Shown here one piece after another: positions 1 through 8,408 of a DNA stretch of 64,000 bases (position 1 is the stretch's first letter; each line of letters starts with the position of its first letter). A program made the position numbers and the translations under genes. This DNA comes from Prochloraceae cyanobacterium PL24a_bin.78 (lineage in GTDB: Bacteria; Cyanobacteriota; Cyanobacteriia; Cyanobacteriales; JANQIW01): positions 494 to 64,493 of the forward strand of contig JANQIW010000037.1 of NCBI GenBank assembly GCA_028281945.1, written 5' to 3'. The notes below the pieces were generated by a model that was given only the letters and a program-made list of their open reading frames with translations, ran no database searches and had not been told where the DNA came from.

Positions 1-230
1 TCATTTCCCCAAATCAATCTTTTGGTAGTTTAACTCAAAAAGCCACAGATTATTTAAAAGCTGGTATTTCTATAGTTTGGCTTGTAGATTCTCACCATCT
101 TAGCATTACTGTTTTTTATCCAGATAAACCCCCCGAAACTAAAAGAGGAAAAGATAATTTACAAGATGAAACTTTGCCAGAATTAAATTTAACCGTTGAA
201 CAAATTTTCCAAGAAGCCGGTTTATTTTAA
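1..230 (+). CDS. Uma2 (DUF820) family putative endonuclease, C-terminal fragment cut by the window edge
   Basis: The frame starting at nt 3 reads ISPNQSFGSLTQKATDYLKAGISIVWLVDSHHLSITVFYPDK...TVEQIFQEAGLF and stops at TAA 228-230. It shares 53/75 identical residues with the C-terminus of the complete ORF at 56825-57382. Confidence 0.7.
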   Translation, partial: ISPNQSFGSLTQKATDYLKAGISIVWLVDSHHLSITVFYPDKPPETKRGKDNLQDETLPELNLTVEQIFQEAGLF

Positions 231-231
231 A

Positions 232-1146
232 TTACAAACAAGATGCGATCGTCGCCAAAACTGAATCACTTAAAGACTGTAAATCATAACCACCTTCCAA
301 GCCGAATAAAATCTTACGAGTAATACCAAGACAATAATCAGTAAAAACTCCATAATCTTGAGGTAATAAATTAATATCAGCCAAAGGATCATCACGATTA
401 CCATCATAACCCGCACTAACAATAAGTAAATCAGGCTGGAAACCTTCTAGAAAAGGAATAATTTTACTCTCAAAAGCAACTTTATATTCATTAAAAGAAC
501 TCCCTGGAATCATAGGTATATTAAGAATATTTTCCCATTTTCCACCATAACTTGCCTCCCCGGTACCAGGGTAACAAGGATACTGATGAGTAGAACAATA
601 CCTAATATTAGCATTACTTTGAATAATAGATTCTGTCCCATTACCATGATGAACATCCCAATCAAGTATAGCTACCTTATTGATATCGGATTTTTCTAGA
701 GCATAATAAGCAGCTATAGCGGCATTTGAAAATAAACAAAACCCCATACCTCTTTCCGATATAGCATGATGACCTGGAGGCCGTGCCAAAACAAAGGCAG
801 GATTGCTGGTATTCAATACCTCATCAACCCCATCTAACCAAGCACTTACCGCTAATAAAGCTATCTCATAACTAAGAGGAGAAACAGGAGTATCTGAATC
901 TAATCTCCCACCACCATTACTAGCAATATTTTTAACCCCATTAATATAATCAGGAGTATGAACTTTTTCTATAAAAGGTAATACATTCCTGTGATTTATA
1001 TCAGTCGGTAACTGCCAATTAATAGATTTTGCCATAGTAGATTCTTTAAGAGTTTTAACTATAGCTGTAAGACGTTGAGGGCATTCTGGATGAAAACTAC
1101 CAGTGTCATGTTTGAGAAATTCTTCTGAATAGATAACTGGAATCAT
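232..1146 (-). CDS. histone deacetylase / acetoin-utilization (AcuC-like) family deacetylase
   Basis: 304 aa with an ATG start. Carries the RPPGHHA, DWDVHHGNGT and SAGYD zinc-deacetylase motifs. Confidence 0.85.
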   Translation of the reverse strand: MIPVIYSEEFLKHDTGSFHPECPQRLTAIVKTLKESTMAKSINWQLPTDINHRNVLPFIEKVHTPDYINGVKNIASNGGGRLDSDTPVSPLSYEIALLAVSAWLDGVDEVLNTSNPAFVLARPPGHHAISERGMGFCLFSNAAIAAYYALEKSDINKVAILDWDVHHGNGTESIIQSNANIRYCSTHQYPCYPGTGEASYGGKWENILNIPMIPGSSFNEYKVAFESKIIPFLEGFQPDLLIVSAGYDGNRDDPLADINLLPQDYGVFTDYCLGITRKILFGLEGGYDLQSLSDSVLATIASCL

Positions 1147-1443
1147 TGGATATTTTTAAATAAAATAATCAGCTATTTAAAAAGGAAAATCTAAGGAGTA
1201 GAATTTTCTCTTTTAAATTATAGATTTCTGTTGACAAGAATTTTACCTCAAAAACCTCATCAATATCAAAAACATGGGCATTTTTTTCTACAATGACAAA
1301 ATTAACTGGAATGATTTTTCAAACTGGGCAATCTCGTTATCCTAAAAAATTTTGAGTTATGAATTTAATGCTTTTGAAACAGTAAAAAATAATTCTCCAG
1401 TCTATTTTGCTGCCCTAGTTTTTTTTAATAAAATATTTTACAA

Positions 1444-3102
1444 TTATTTTTCTAAAACAATTATAGGATTTAACCCCATATTAAGTAGATTTTGCTTAAC
1501 TTCATCAACATTTTTAACATCACTAAAAAGCCCTATTTGTAATACTCTTCGTCCATTATAGACAGAATTAAACACATCAGGATAAAGTGATCTCACTCTG
1601 CGTTCTTGAATTTTATTACTTACAGAAACCATAACTCGATAAGTTTGATTTATATTTCCCCTAGATTCAGGTTGAATAATTAAAATTTCTGATAAATTTC
1701 TTCTTCCATCGTTAGAATTATTAATTCCTTGACTAGTAGAAGAATTTCGATTAGTAGGAGAACTAATAACAGGAGGTGGAGGCAAAGTAGAACCATTGTT
1801 ATTACTGTTATTAAAATTACTATTATTACTATTATTAGAAGGGATATTTAAATTATCTTCAGCCGAAGGAGCAATAATATCAATTACCCTGCTTCCTGGA
1901 GGTGGTGGTGGTAAAGGAGGTAAATCTCTTCGAGATTGTGCGATAGTATTGCGATTAGAATTACGATGGAGATTTTGAGACGTTAGATTTATATTTTCAC
2001 CCCTTGCTGCAATGGGAAAAGCCCTTTGTAAGCCTGAATTATCTCCAAGAGAAACATTAGAAAGAGAATTATTAACCAAAGAATGATTTGGGATAATAGG
2101 GATATTACTGGTTACACTATTAAAATTAATCCTACCATTAGTAGCACCAGCTAGCTGATTTCCATAGGCACTAATAACCTCATTCTGATTACGATTATCA
2201 ATATCAGTAATACGATTGCCTAGAAAAGTATTATTACCCGGATTATTTCTAATACCAATATCTACTTGAGAATTTCCCTCTAAAACTAATCCTGACTCAC
2301 CAGAATTTTCAAATCGATTATTGCGTAAAATGCCCTTAGCATTAGCTTTCATCATTACCCCAACGTCATTACCTAAAAACTGATTACCTCGTAAAACAGC
2401 TTGAGAATTACCCACTAAAGTTATACCAAAACTATTTTTTTGAAATTCATTTTCAAGTAAATCTAACTTAGAATTATCTTTAAGCAATAAACCATTAACA
2501 CCATTATCTGAAAAATGATTGTTAGAAATCCTAGCATTACTACTACCTGTAACCAAAACTCCAGAATTACGATTACGAATGAATCTATTATTAGTAACCA
2601 TAGTACTAGCAGATTCCAATAATAATCCATATCCTGAATTGTGAGGATTAATTACAGTTATTCCAGAAATAGCTTGAGTAGACTTAGTTGCCACAATAGC
2701 AACATTTTGTAATCCACCAGTTGGGCTAGTATACCATCCACCACCTTGAATAGTAACAGTAGTACCTTTAGCAGGATTATCACCTTTAAAAATTATATTT
2801 TTATCAATCACCAAAGGAAAAACTTCACCAGTGGAACTATTATATGTTCCCCTTGCCAAAGAAATGATTCCGTTAGAAGGAGCTACTGATAGGGCTTGAG
2901 TAATAGTCTTAAAAGGATAAATTGAAGATCCTTTACCCTCCTTATCACTTCCATTATAAGGATTGACGTAAATAATATTGTGATTTTGAGATAATTCTTG
3001 CCTACTTCTATCACTAAACCTATTTTGAGCAAGAGCACTTTCAACAACAGAAAAAGGAATAATAATAAGAAGTAGGAAACTTAAATATATATTTTTATTC
3101 AT
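1444..3102 (-). CDS. secreted right-handed beta-helix (DUF1565 / pectin-lyase-fold-like) protein with Pro/Asn-rich linker and C-terminal SPOR-like domain
   Basis: 552 aa. Has an N-terminal signal peptide (MNKNIYLSFLLLIIIPFSVVESALA). Contains many NNxFxxNxxxGxxL beta-helix turns, a PPLPPPPPG/NNSNN linker, and a C-terminal YRVMVSV...LQIGLFSD...NLLNMGL segment resembling SPOR. Confidence 0.6.
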   Translation of the reverse strand: MNKNIYLSFLLLIIIPFSVVESALAQNRFSDRSRQELSQNHNIIYVNPYNGSDKEGKGSSIYPFKTITQALSVAPSNGIISLARGTYNSSTGEVFPLVIDKNIIFKGDNPAKGTTVTIQGGGWYTSPTGGLQNVAIVATKSTQAISGITVINPHNSGYGLLLESASTMVTNNRFIRNRNSGVLVTGSSNARISNNHFSDNGVNGLLLKDNSKLDLLENEFQKNSFGITLVGNSQAVLRGNQFLGNDVGVMMKANAKGILRNNRFENSGESGLVLEGNSQVDIGIRNNPGNNTFLGNRITDIDNRNQNEVISAYGNQLAGATNGRINFNSVTSNIPIIPNHSLVNNSLSNVSLGDNSGLQRAFPIAARGENINLTSQNLHRNSNRNTIAQSRRDLPPLPPPPPGSRVIDIIAPSAEDNLNIPSNNSNNSNFNNSNNNGSTLPPPPVISSPTNRNSSTSQGINNSNDGRRNLSEILIIQPESRGNINQTYRVMVSVSNKIQERRVRSLYPDVFNSVYNGRRVLQIGLFSDVKNVDEVKQNLLNMGLNPIIVLEK

Positions 3103-3308
3103 TGTTTAAATTTTAAAGAGATTAATTTAAATGTAACAACTCATCATTGAATACAAATGATTCTCTAGAGAAGGGTTAGATTGTAAAGAAACGTAAACTG
3201 CCACAGATGTTACAAACAACCTATATTTTATCTTAAAAAATCTTGAATTGGATAGAGATTTAGAGAAAAAATGATTTTTTCTGCCATGATGATTAATAGG
3301 AAAAGACC

Positions 3309-3354
3309 ATTGCAAAGGATAGAGAAACCCAACGATTGCAAAGGATAGAGAAAC
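3309..3354. repeat. perfect 20-bp direct repeat (attgcaaaggatagagaaac) x2, 26-bp period, in a divergent promoter region
   Basis: Copies at 3309-3328 and 3335-3354 are identical. They lie between the divergent starts at 3102 (-) and 3467 (+). Confidence 0.9.
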
Positions 3355-3466
3355 AATAGACCTAGTAATATTTAAAATTACCAAAACAAATATAGAAAAT
3401 TATAAATAGGTTTTGTAGGAAGATTGCTATACAATAAAACCGCACCAATTTATGTAGAATTCTCAA

Positions 3467-4189
3467 GTGAAGCTTTTTGTTTATCATACCCCAGAGTCAA
3501 CACCTGAAGACAGTTTGCCCGATTGTGCAGTTGTCATTGACGTTTTGCGAGCCACAACTACAATTGCTACCGCCTTAAATGCCGGAGCCGAAGCAGTTCA
3601 AGCCTTCAAAGACATTGACGAATTAATGACAGTAAGTTCTCAATGGCTGCCCCAAAAGAGATTGAGAGCGGGGGAAAGAGGAGGGGCAAAAGTAGACGGT
3701 TTTGATTTAGGCAATTCACCCTTGGATTGTACCCCAGAAGTAGTACAGCACAAGCGATTGTTTCTGACTACCACCAACGGCACTCGTGCATTGGAACGAG
3801 TTCAATCTGCCTCAGTATTGATTACAGCGGCCTTTGTTAATTGTCAAGCCGCGGTCAATTATCTTCTGGAAAAAGAACCTTCCACTGTTTGGTTAGTAGG
3901 CTCCGGTTGGCAAGGAGGTTATTCTCTTGAAGATACCGCTTGCGCTGGAGCCATCGCTCATTCCCTTGTCTCAAAAATTGATTATCAAGTAGCTAATGAC
4001 GAAGTTATTGCTGCCATCGCCCTTTATACCCAATGGCAAGATCGAATGTTAGAAATGTTTGAACAATCTACCCATGGCCAACGTTTATTGAAATTAGACT
4101 GCCATCGAGATTTAGAGTATTGTGCCCAAAGCAATATTTTAGATGTTCTTCCAATTCAAAATGAGGCCAAAGTTTTAATAAAAAGTTAA
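3467..4189 (+). CDS. comB: 2-phosphosulfolactate phosphatase family protein (ComB)
   Basis: 240 aa with a GTG start. Motifs [31 protein letters not shown] and TTTNGT are typical of the ComB family. Confidence 0.8.
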   Translation: MKLFVYHTPESTPEDSLPDCAVVIDVLRATTTIATALNAGAEAVQAFKDIDELMTVSSQWLPQKRLRAGERGGAKVDGFDLGNSPLDCTPEVVQHKRLFLTTTNGTRALERVQSASVLITAAFVNCQAAVNYLLEKEPSTVWLVGSGWQGGYSLEDTACAGAIAHSLVSKIDYQVANDEVIAAIALYTQWQDRMLEMFEQSTHGQRLLKLDCHRDLEYCAQSNILDVLPIQNEAKVLIKS

Positions 4190-4198
4190 GTAATAGGG

Positions 4199-4233
4199 TT
4201 TAACAGTAATTTTTTATTTTTATTGCTGTTAAA
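4199..4233 (+). terminator. possible stem-loop terminator after comB
   Basis: tttaacag (4199-4206) pairs with ctgttaaa (4226-4233). The loop is long and T-rich, and the trailing T-run is weak. Confidence 0.3.
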
Positions 4234-4310
4234 TACTTATTAAAAGACATCAGAATCATCAAGTTTTACCTTAAAAGGAGCAGCTTTTTGATTCATCTTC
4301 TAATATCATT

Positions 4311-4475
4311 TTTATTTAATTGATGACAGAGTTGGAGAATGGGAAGATTGGGAAGATTGGGAAGATTGGGAAGGTAGGGAAGATAGGGAATTATTGTTTA
4401 ATACCAGAGAGTGGGGAAAATAAATTTTGGTTAATTATCTTAGATTTAGGATTTTCAAAGTATATCATTATTTTT
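4311..4475 (+). repeat. MITE-like dispersed element, copy A (G-rich 9-mer core gggaagatt x5-6)
   Basis: Left end tttatttaattgatgacagag. Core at 4341-4390. Conserved internal block aataaattttggttaattatcttagatttagg. Right end gtatatcatta. Confidence 0.7.
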
Positions 4476-4750
4476 GATAATCGATATAAATTAGAAGATT
4501 TCAAATTAGCATTTGCTAAAAGACAATTTTCAAAATTAACATCTTTTAAATTAGTACTTCCTAAATTTATAGAACATAAACTTAAGATTGTAAATTCGGT
4601 TTTTCTTCCTTTATAATTTTTGATAAGTTCTTCTATCTATTTTCAAAACTTTAATTAAAATTAAGATCTAAAGAGACTATGGTATGGAATTATAGGTAAA
4701 AAGATCTTAAAACAATTATTAAAAAATATTAATAGAAATAATACTAATTT

Positions 4751-4875
4751 TCTAAAATGATGATAGAGTTAAAGCTAGATAAAACCTGCTGATTCTCAAC
4801 CCAAAATCCCTCAACCGAAGTCTTCCTTGTCTCCCTTGTCTTCCTTGTCTCCCCCTCACCATTGTATATTATACT
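4751..4875 (-). repeat. MITE-like dispersed element, copy B (inverted relative to copy A)
   Basis: tctaaaatgatgatagagttaaagctagataaaacc... is followed by the C-rich core cttccttgtctcccttgtcttccttgtctcc. The end sequence matches copy G at 45609. Confidence 0.6.
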
Positions 4876-4899
4876 TTTGGAAAAATGATATAAGATGCC

Positions 4900-5508
4900 A
4901 TGTTAATACTTTCTCCAGAACAAGTGAAATACTGTCAAGTAATTCGTCAAGTAGAAGATAAAGAAGAAATTCTCTCAGGGTTAATTTATAAAAATAAACT
5001 TTTTGTTAAAGAAGCTACATATGGTATTAATGAACAAGAAAAAGCATTACAAATGTGCCGTCAAAACTTTTTAGATCGTAAACCACCAATATTACCTTTA
5101 ATAATTGAAGAAAAAAATGATTTAGGAGTTTGGATAGAAGATCCAACATTAAGATTAGCAAAGGAATTATCACAAAAAATTATCAAAAAATCAGCAGAAA
5201 AAAAGGAAAAAAAACAAGAACCAAAGCAAAAACAAAAGAAAAAACCTCAAAGTTTGAAAGAAATTGCTCAGAAAATGGGAGGTGAAACAGGAGTAAACAT
5301 CAAAACTCGTTGGCAAAATTTTCAACCTCATGATGAATCTTTTCTTGGTTCCGAGGCAGTATCTTGGCTTGCTAATGAATTAAATCTCTCGCGAGAGGAA
5401 GCAATTCAATTAGGGCAACAAATGCTTGAGGAAAAAATTATTCAAGGAATAACAGATGGCAAAAGATTTACTGATAGAAAACTTTTATATCGATTTACTA
5501 AAAACTAA
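4900..5508 (+). CDS. hypothetical protein with C-terminal DEP-like winged-helix domain
   Basis: 202 aa with a Lys-rich linker. The C-terminus FLGSEAVSWLANELNLSREEAIQLGQQMLEEKIIQGITDGKRFTDRKLLYRF fits the DEP consensus (F.G.E.V.WL...R.EA..LGQ.L...G.I......F.D....YRF). Confidence 0.6.
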   Translation: MLILSPEQVKYCQVIRQVEDKEEILSGLIYKNKLFVKEATYGINEQEKALQMCRQNFLDRKPPILPLIIEEKNDLGVWIEDPTLRLAKELSQKIIKKSAEKKEKKQEPKQKQKKKPQSLKEIAQKMGGETGVNIKTRWQNFQPHDESFLGSEAVSWLANELNLSREEAIQLGQQMLEEKIIQGITDGKRFTDRKLLYRFTKN

Positions 5509-5657
5509 AAAAATAACTATATATCAATTATGAGTGATTAAAAATTTTAAATTCTCTTTAGAAATATAATAATAAGGGTTTATGAATTATTTTTAGTAGT
5601 ATATTGACTTTGATCTATACTTTTTTCTATTACCATCTGGACAACTGACTAAGATCA

Positions 5658-5812
5658 TTTTTCTTTAATAGTGATAGACATCTTCGTGGAGAATTGGGGA
5701 GATTGGGGAGATTGGGGAGATTGAGGAGTCAGAGTTTATACTGGAATTAAGCAAAAAAGTTTTTCTTAACTATCCTAAAATTAGGAAATTTTAACTCTAT
5801 CATTAATAAAGC
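5658..5812 (+). repeat. MITE-like dispersed element, copy C (core tggggagat x3-4)
   Basis: Left end tttttctttaatagtgatagacatc. Core at 5690-5727. Right end ttaactctatcattaataaag is an inverted match to the left end. Confidence 0.7.
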
Positions 5813-5914
5813 CTTTCTTGATATAAGATATTTTTTCAAACATGATGGAAAATTGATAAATATCTTGACTGAAAAATGATAAAATAGGAAAAAATAATTA
5901 AGAAAACTGCAATA

Positions 5915-6577
5915 ATGTTAATTTCTTCCCTGAAAAAAAAATACTCCAAATTATTGACTAGTTGTATTATAGCTATAGCTACCGGTGCAACAATCATCGT
6001 AAATCTTCCTGCAAAAGCAGAAATCTTGAATAATCCTTTAGATCAACTTTCAAGAGAAGAACAAAATGTATTACAAGATGGAAAGATTTTTTTAGTAGGA
6101 GAAGATGGAAAATATACAGTTAAAGTGTTGTTAACTGCCTCCATTGCCACTGTTTGGGAAGTTTTGACTGATTATGATAATTTTGAAAATTTTCTTCCCA
6201 ATATTGCCGAAACTGAAATTCTCGAAAACAATGATAATCATCTCGTTTTTGAGCAAGTTAATCTAGTAGATATTCTCTTTTTTACCCAAAAATCTAAAGT
6301 CACAATTGCAGTTAAAGAAAATTATCCTCAACAAATTAATTTTAATGTTATTGAAGGTGATATTGAATCTTTACAAGGAAAATGGTTACTTGAACCAATC
6401 TTGTCTCAATCTGCCTCTTCATTAGATCAAGTATTGATTACTTATCAAGTTAATATCGATCCGGGCATGGAATTTAGTTCTAATAGAGAGTTATTTTTCT
6501 ATATTTACCAAGATATTTTACAAAATACTTTCCAAGCATTAAGGCAAGAAATCAATAATCGAAATGCTTTACCATGA
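5915..6577 (+). CDS. SRPBCC (START/cyclase-dehydrase-like) family protein with signal peptide
   Basis: 220 aa with an N-terminal hydrophobic signal. VWEVLTDYDNFENFLPNI is typical of polyketide_cyc2/SRPBCC proteins. Confidence 0.65.
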   Translation: MLISSLKKKYSKLLTSCIIAIATGATIIVNLPAKAEILNNPLDQLSREEQNVLQDGKIFLVGEDGKYTVKVLLTASIATVWEVLTDYDNFENFLPNIAETEILENNDNHLVFEQVNLVDILFFTQKSKVTIAVKENYPQQINFNVIEGDIESLQGKWLLEPILSQSASSLDQVLITYQVNIDPGMEFSSNRELFFYIYQDILQNTFQALRQEINNRNALP

Positions 6578-6635
6578 TTTTACCATAATATTTTATCAAA
6601 CTCTAATAATATTTTATGATTTTTCTCTGAATTTA

Positions 6636-6930
6636 TCTTTAATAATGATATGCTTGGAAAATCCTGAATCTAGGATTATTAACCAAAATTTATTTTCCCT
6701 ACTCTCGGCTATGAAACTCTAATTCTTTATCTTCCCATTCTTCCCATTCCTCCCATTCTCCCCATTCTTGATTAAGTAATAAGTAATAAGTAATAAGTAA
6801 ATTAAGATGCACTTTTTTTCTCCCAAGTCTCCCTTGTCTCAAGAAACACCCACTCTCCCATTCTCCCAATCCTCCCATTCTCCCCATTCCCCTTCCTCCC
6901 ACTATCCATCTATATCACTATAAAAAAAAG
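6636..6930 (-). repeat. composite MITE-like element, copy D (two C-rich cores plus (aagtaat)4)
   Basis: tctttaataatgata...aatcctgaatctaggattattaaccaaaatttatt is the reverse complement of the conserved internal block. C-rich cores lie at about 6730-6768 and 6854-6900. The far end is catctatatcactataaaaaaaag. Confidence 0.65.
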
Positions 6931-6933
6931 ATA

Positions 6934-7851
6934 TCATATCTGTTTCCAATGCCTTACACAAGGGGCAAGAGTAATTAAATCATGAATATTAACCTCCATC
7001 GTTTTACAAATATCGTCTAAAGGTAAATCGTTAGGATCATAACCAAAAGGATTTTCGATTTGGATACCAATTTCTTCAATGCCAAACACAGTAAATGCAA
7101 TAATACCAACAATAATACCTGTCCACCAATGAACCTCATCTATCACTTGAAAAGGCAAAGTCAAACAATAAATTAACAATAATTGCTTAAGATGAATGGA
7201 ATAAGCGATAGGAATAGGAGTTTTCTTAATTCTTTCACAAGCTCCCAATACATCCACCATGATGTCGAGGAATTTCAACATACTGGTAAGCTGAATCACA
7301 TTAATACATTGACGATCGTATTGTTGTTGAAGATAATCACCAATCCAAAAAGCAACTTCCAAAGGAGGATTATTCATCTCTCTAAGTTTTTCAAACCATT
7401 GCCGAGGCATTAAAACTTCTAATTCACTATTAACTTTCTCCTCTCGAAGATGTAATTTAGTTGCTACAGCAAAGGCTATTAATAAACGCAAAGTAGCTAT
7501 TTTTTCTTGTCTATCTTTTGCTTCATTTTCTTCAATACTAACCCAAATTGTCCGAGCAAAATTACGAACAGTATTAACTAAACTTCCCCACATTTTTCGC
7601 CCTTCCCAAAACCTTTCATAAGCGGTATTTGTCCGAAATACTAATAATAAACCTAATACAATACTAGGAAAAATAGTGCTTAAAATTGGTAAAGAAACAT
7701 TGATACCAAAACTATCCAATAAAGAAATAAGAAACCCAAATAAACTACAACCAATTACTCTTGGTAAAATATTTAGCAAAACAGACGATCGTAACTGCAA
7801 TACTATTCGCCACCAATTACGTCTTTCTCGATCCCAGTTTTTCAGTAACAT
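6934..7851 (-). CDS. bestrophin-family (UPF0187/YneE-like) anion channel
   Basis: 305 aa with TM helices and the FRTNTAYERFWEGRKMWG signature. Confidence 0.8.
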   Translation of the reverse strand: MLLKNWDRERRNWWRIVLQLRSSVLLNILPRVIGCSLFGFLISLLDSFGINVSLPILSTIFPSIVLGLLLVFRTNTAYERFWEGRKMWGSLVNTVRNFARTIWVSIEENEAKDRQEKIATLRLLIAFAVATKLHLREEKVNSELEVLMPRQWFEKLREMNNPPLEVAFWIGDYLQQQYDRQCINVIQLTSMLKFLDIMVDVLGACERIKKTPIPIAYSIHLKQLLLIYCLTLPFQVIDEVHWWTGIIVGIIAFTVFGIEEIGIQIENPFGYDPNDLPLDDICKTMEVNIHDLITLAPCVRHWKQI

Positions 7852-7866
7852 TATTTCTTGAGATAT

Positions 7867-7948
7867 TTTTAGTTTGAATTTAGTCTAATTTAGTTTAGTT
7901 TAGTTTTAGTTTTAGTTTGAATTTAATTTGAATTTAGTTTAAATTTCA
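7867..7948. repeat. AT-rich imperfect tandem repeat (tttagt / gaattta units)
   Basis: tttagtttgaatttagtctaatttagtttagtttagttttagttttagtttgaatttaatttgaatttagtttaaattt. It lies between the ruvX stop and the bestrophin gene start. Confidence 0.85.
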
Positions 7949-7952
7949 TTGT

Positions 7953-8384
7953 TTATCTTGAGAGCGAGCGACGAATATCTAACCATTGTTGCAAAATAAT
8001 TACGGCTGCAATACGATCGATTTGTCCTTTATCTCGAGAAGAAAAACGCTTATTGGCTTTCAAATGCTGTTGTGCTTCTACAGAAGTTAATCTTTCATCA
8101 ACATATTCTATAGGTAACTCTAAAACTTTGGTTAATTTTTGAGCAAATTTTTCCACTTTTTTGCCTTGAAAACCGATGGTTCCATCTAGAGAATAAGGCA
8201 TACCCAAGACGAGAACATCGGCTTGTCTCTCATCAATTAAAGATTTGAGTTGTTCTAAATCTTGTTTAAAAGAAGTTCTATTTATGGTAGTCAAACCTGT
8301 TGCAATCAAACCTGTTCCATCGCATCCTGCTACTCCAATTCTTTTTTCCCCCACATCTAAACCCAAAGCTGATACTTTCTTCAT
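7953..8384 (-). CDS. ruvX: Holliday junction resolvase RuvX (YqgF)
   Basis: ALGLDVGEKRIGVAGCD is followed by VLGMPYSLDG. The ATG at 8384 is preferred over the TTG at 8396 given in the track. Confidence 0.85.
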   Translation of the reverse strand: MKKVSALGLDVGEKRIGVAGCDGTGLIATGLTTINRTSFKQDLEQLKSLIDERQADVLVLGMPYSLDGTIGFQGKKVEKFAQKLTKVLELPIEYVDERLTSVEAQQHLKANKRFSSRDKGQIDRIAAVIILQQWLDIRRSLSR

Positions 8385-8408
8385 TTTTTTCACCAATCAA
8401 CTAAGCTA

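Noticed and set aside
1352-1978. Plus-strand ORFs at 1352-1561 and 1796-1978, overlapping the beta-helix/SPOR gene.
   Set aside because: They are antisense to a long, well-supported CDS. Their translations are low-complexity (LLLLLKLLLL, GGGGGKGGK) and derive from the Asn/Pro-rich linker.
3127-3384. An 85-aa minus-strand ORF in the comB / beta-helix gene intergenic region.
   Set aside because: It has no motif. It spans the 20-bp direct repeat and promoter-like AT-rich DNA. It is more likely non-coding regulatory space.
4335-6900. A possible CRISPR array, suggested by the many short repeats.
   Set aside because: The repeat unit is only 8-9 nt and the units are contiguous without spacers. There are no cas genes. 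The pattern is tandem microsatellite cores inside dispersed elements.
6699-6902. A 67-aa ORF (MGGRGMGRMGGLGEWE...WEEWEEWED) and the 98-aa ORF at 4320-4616 (GKIGKIGKIGKVGKIG...).
   Set aside because: Both are read straight through the G-rich tandem-repeat cores of the MITE-like elements. The peptide repeats simply reflect the 8-9-nt DNA repeat.
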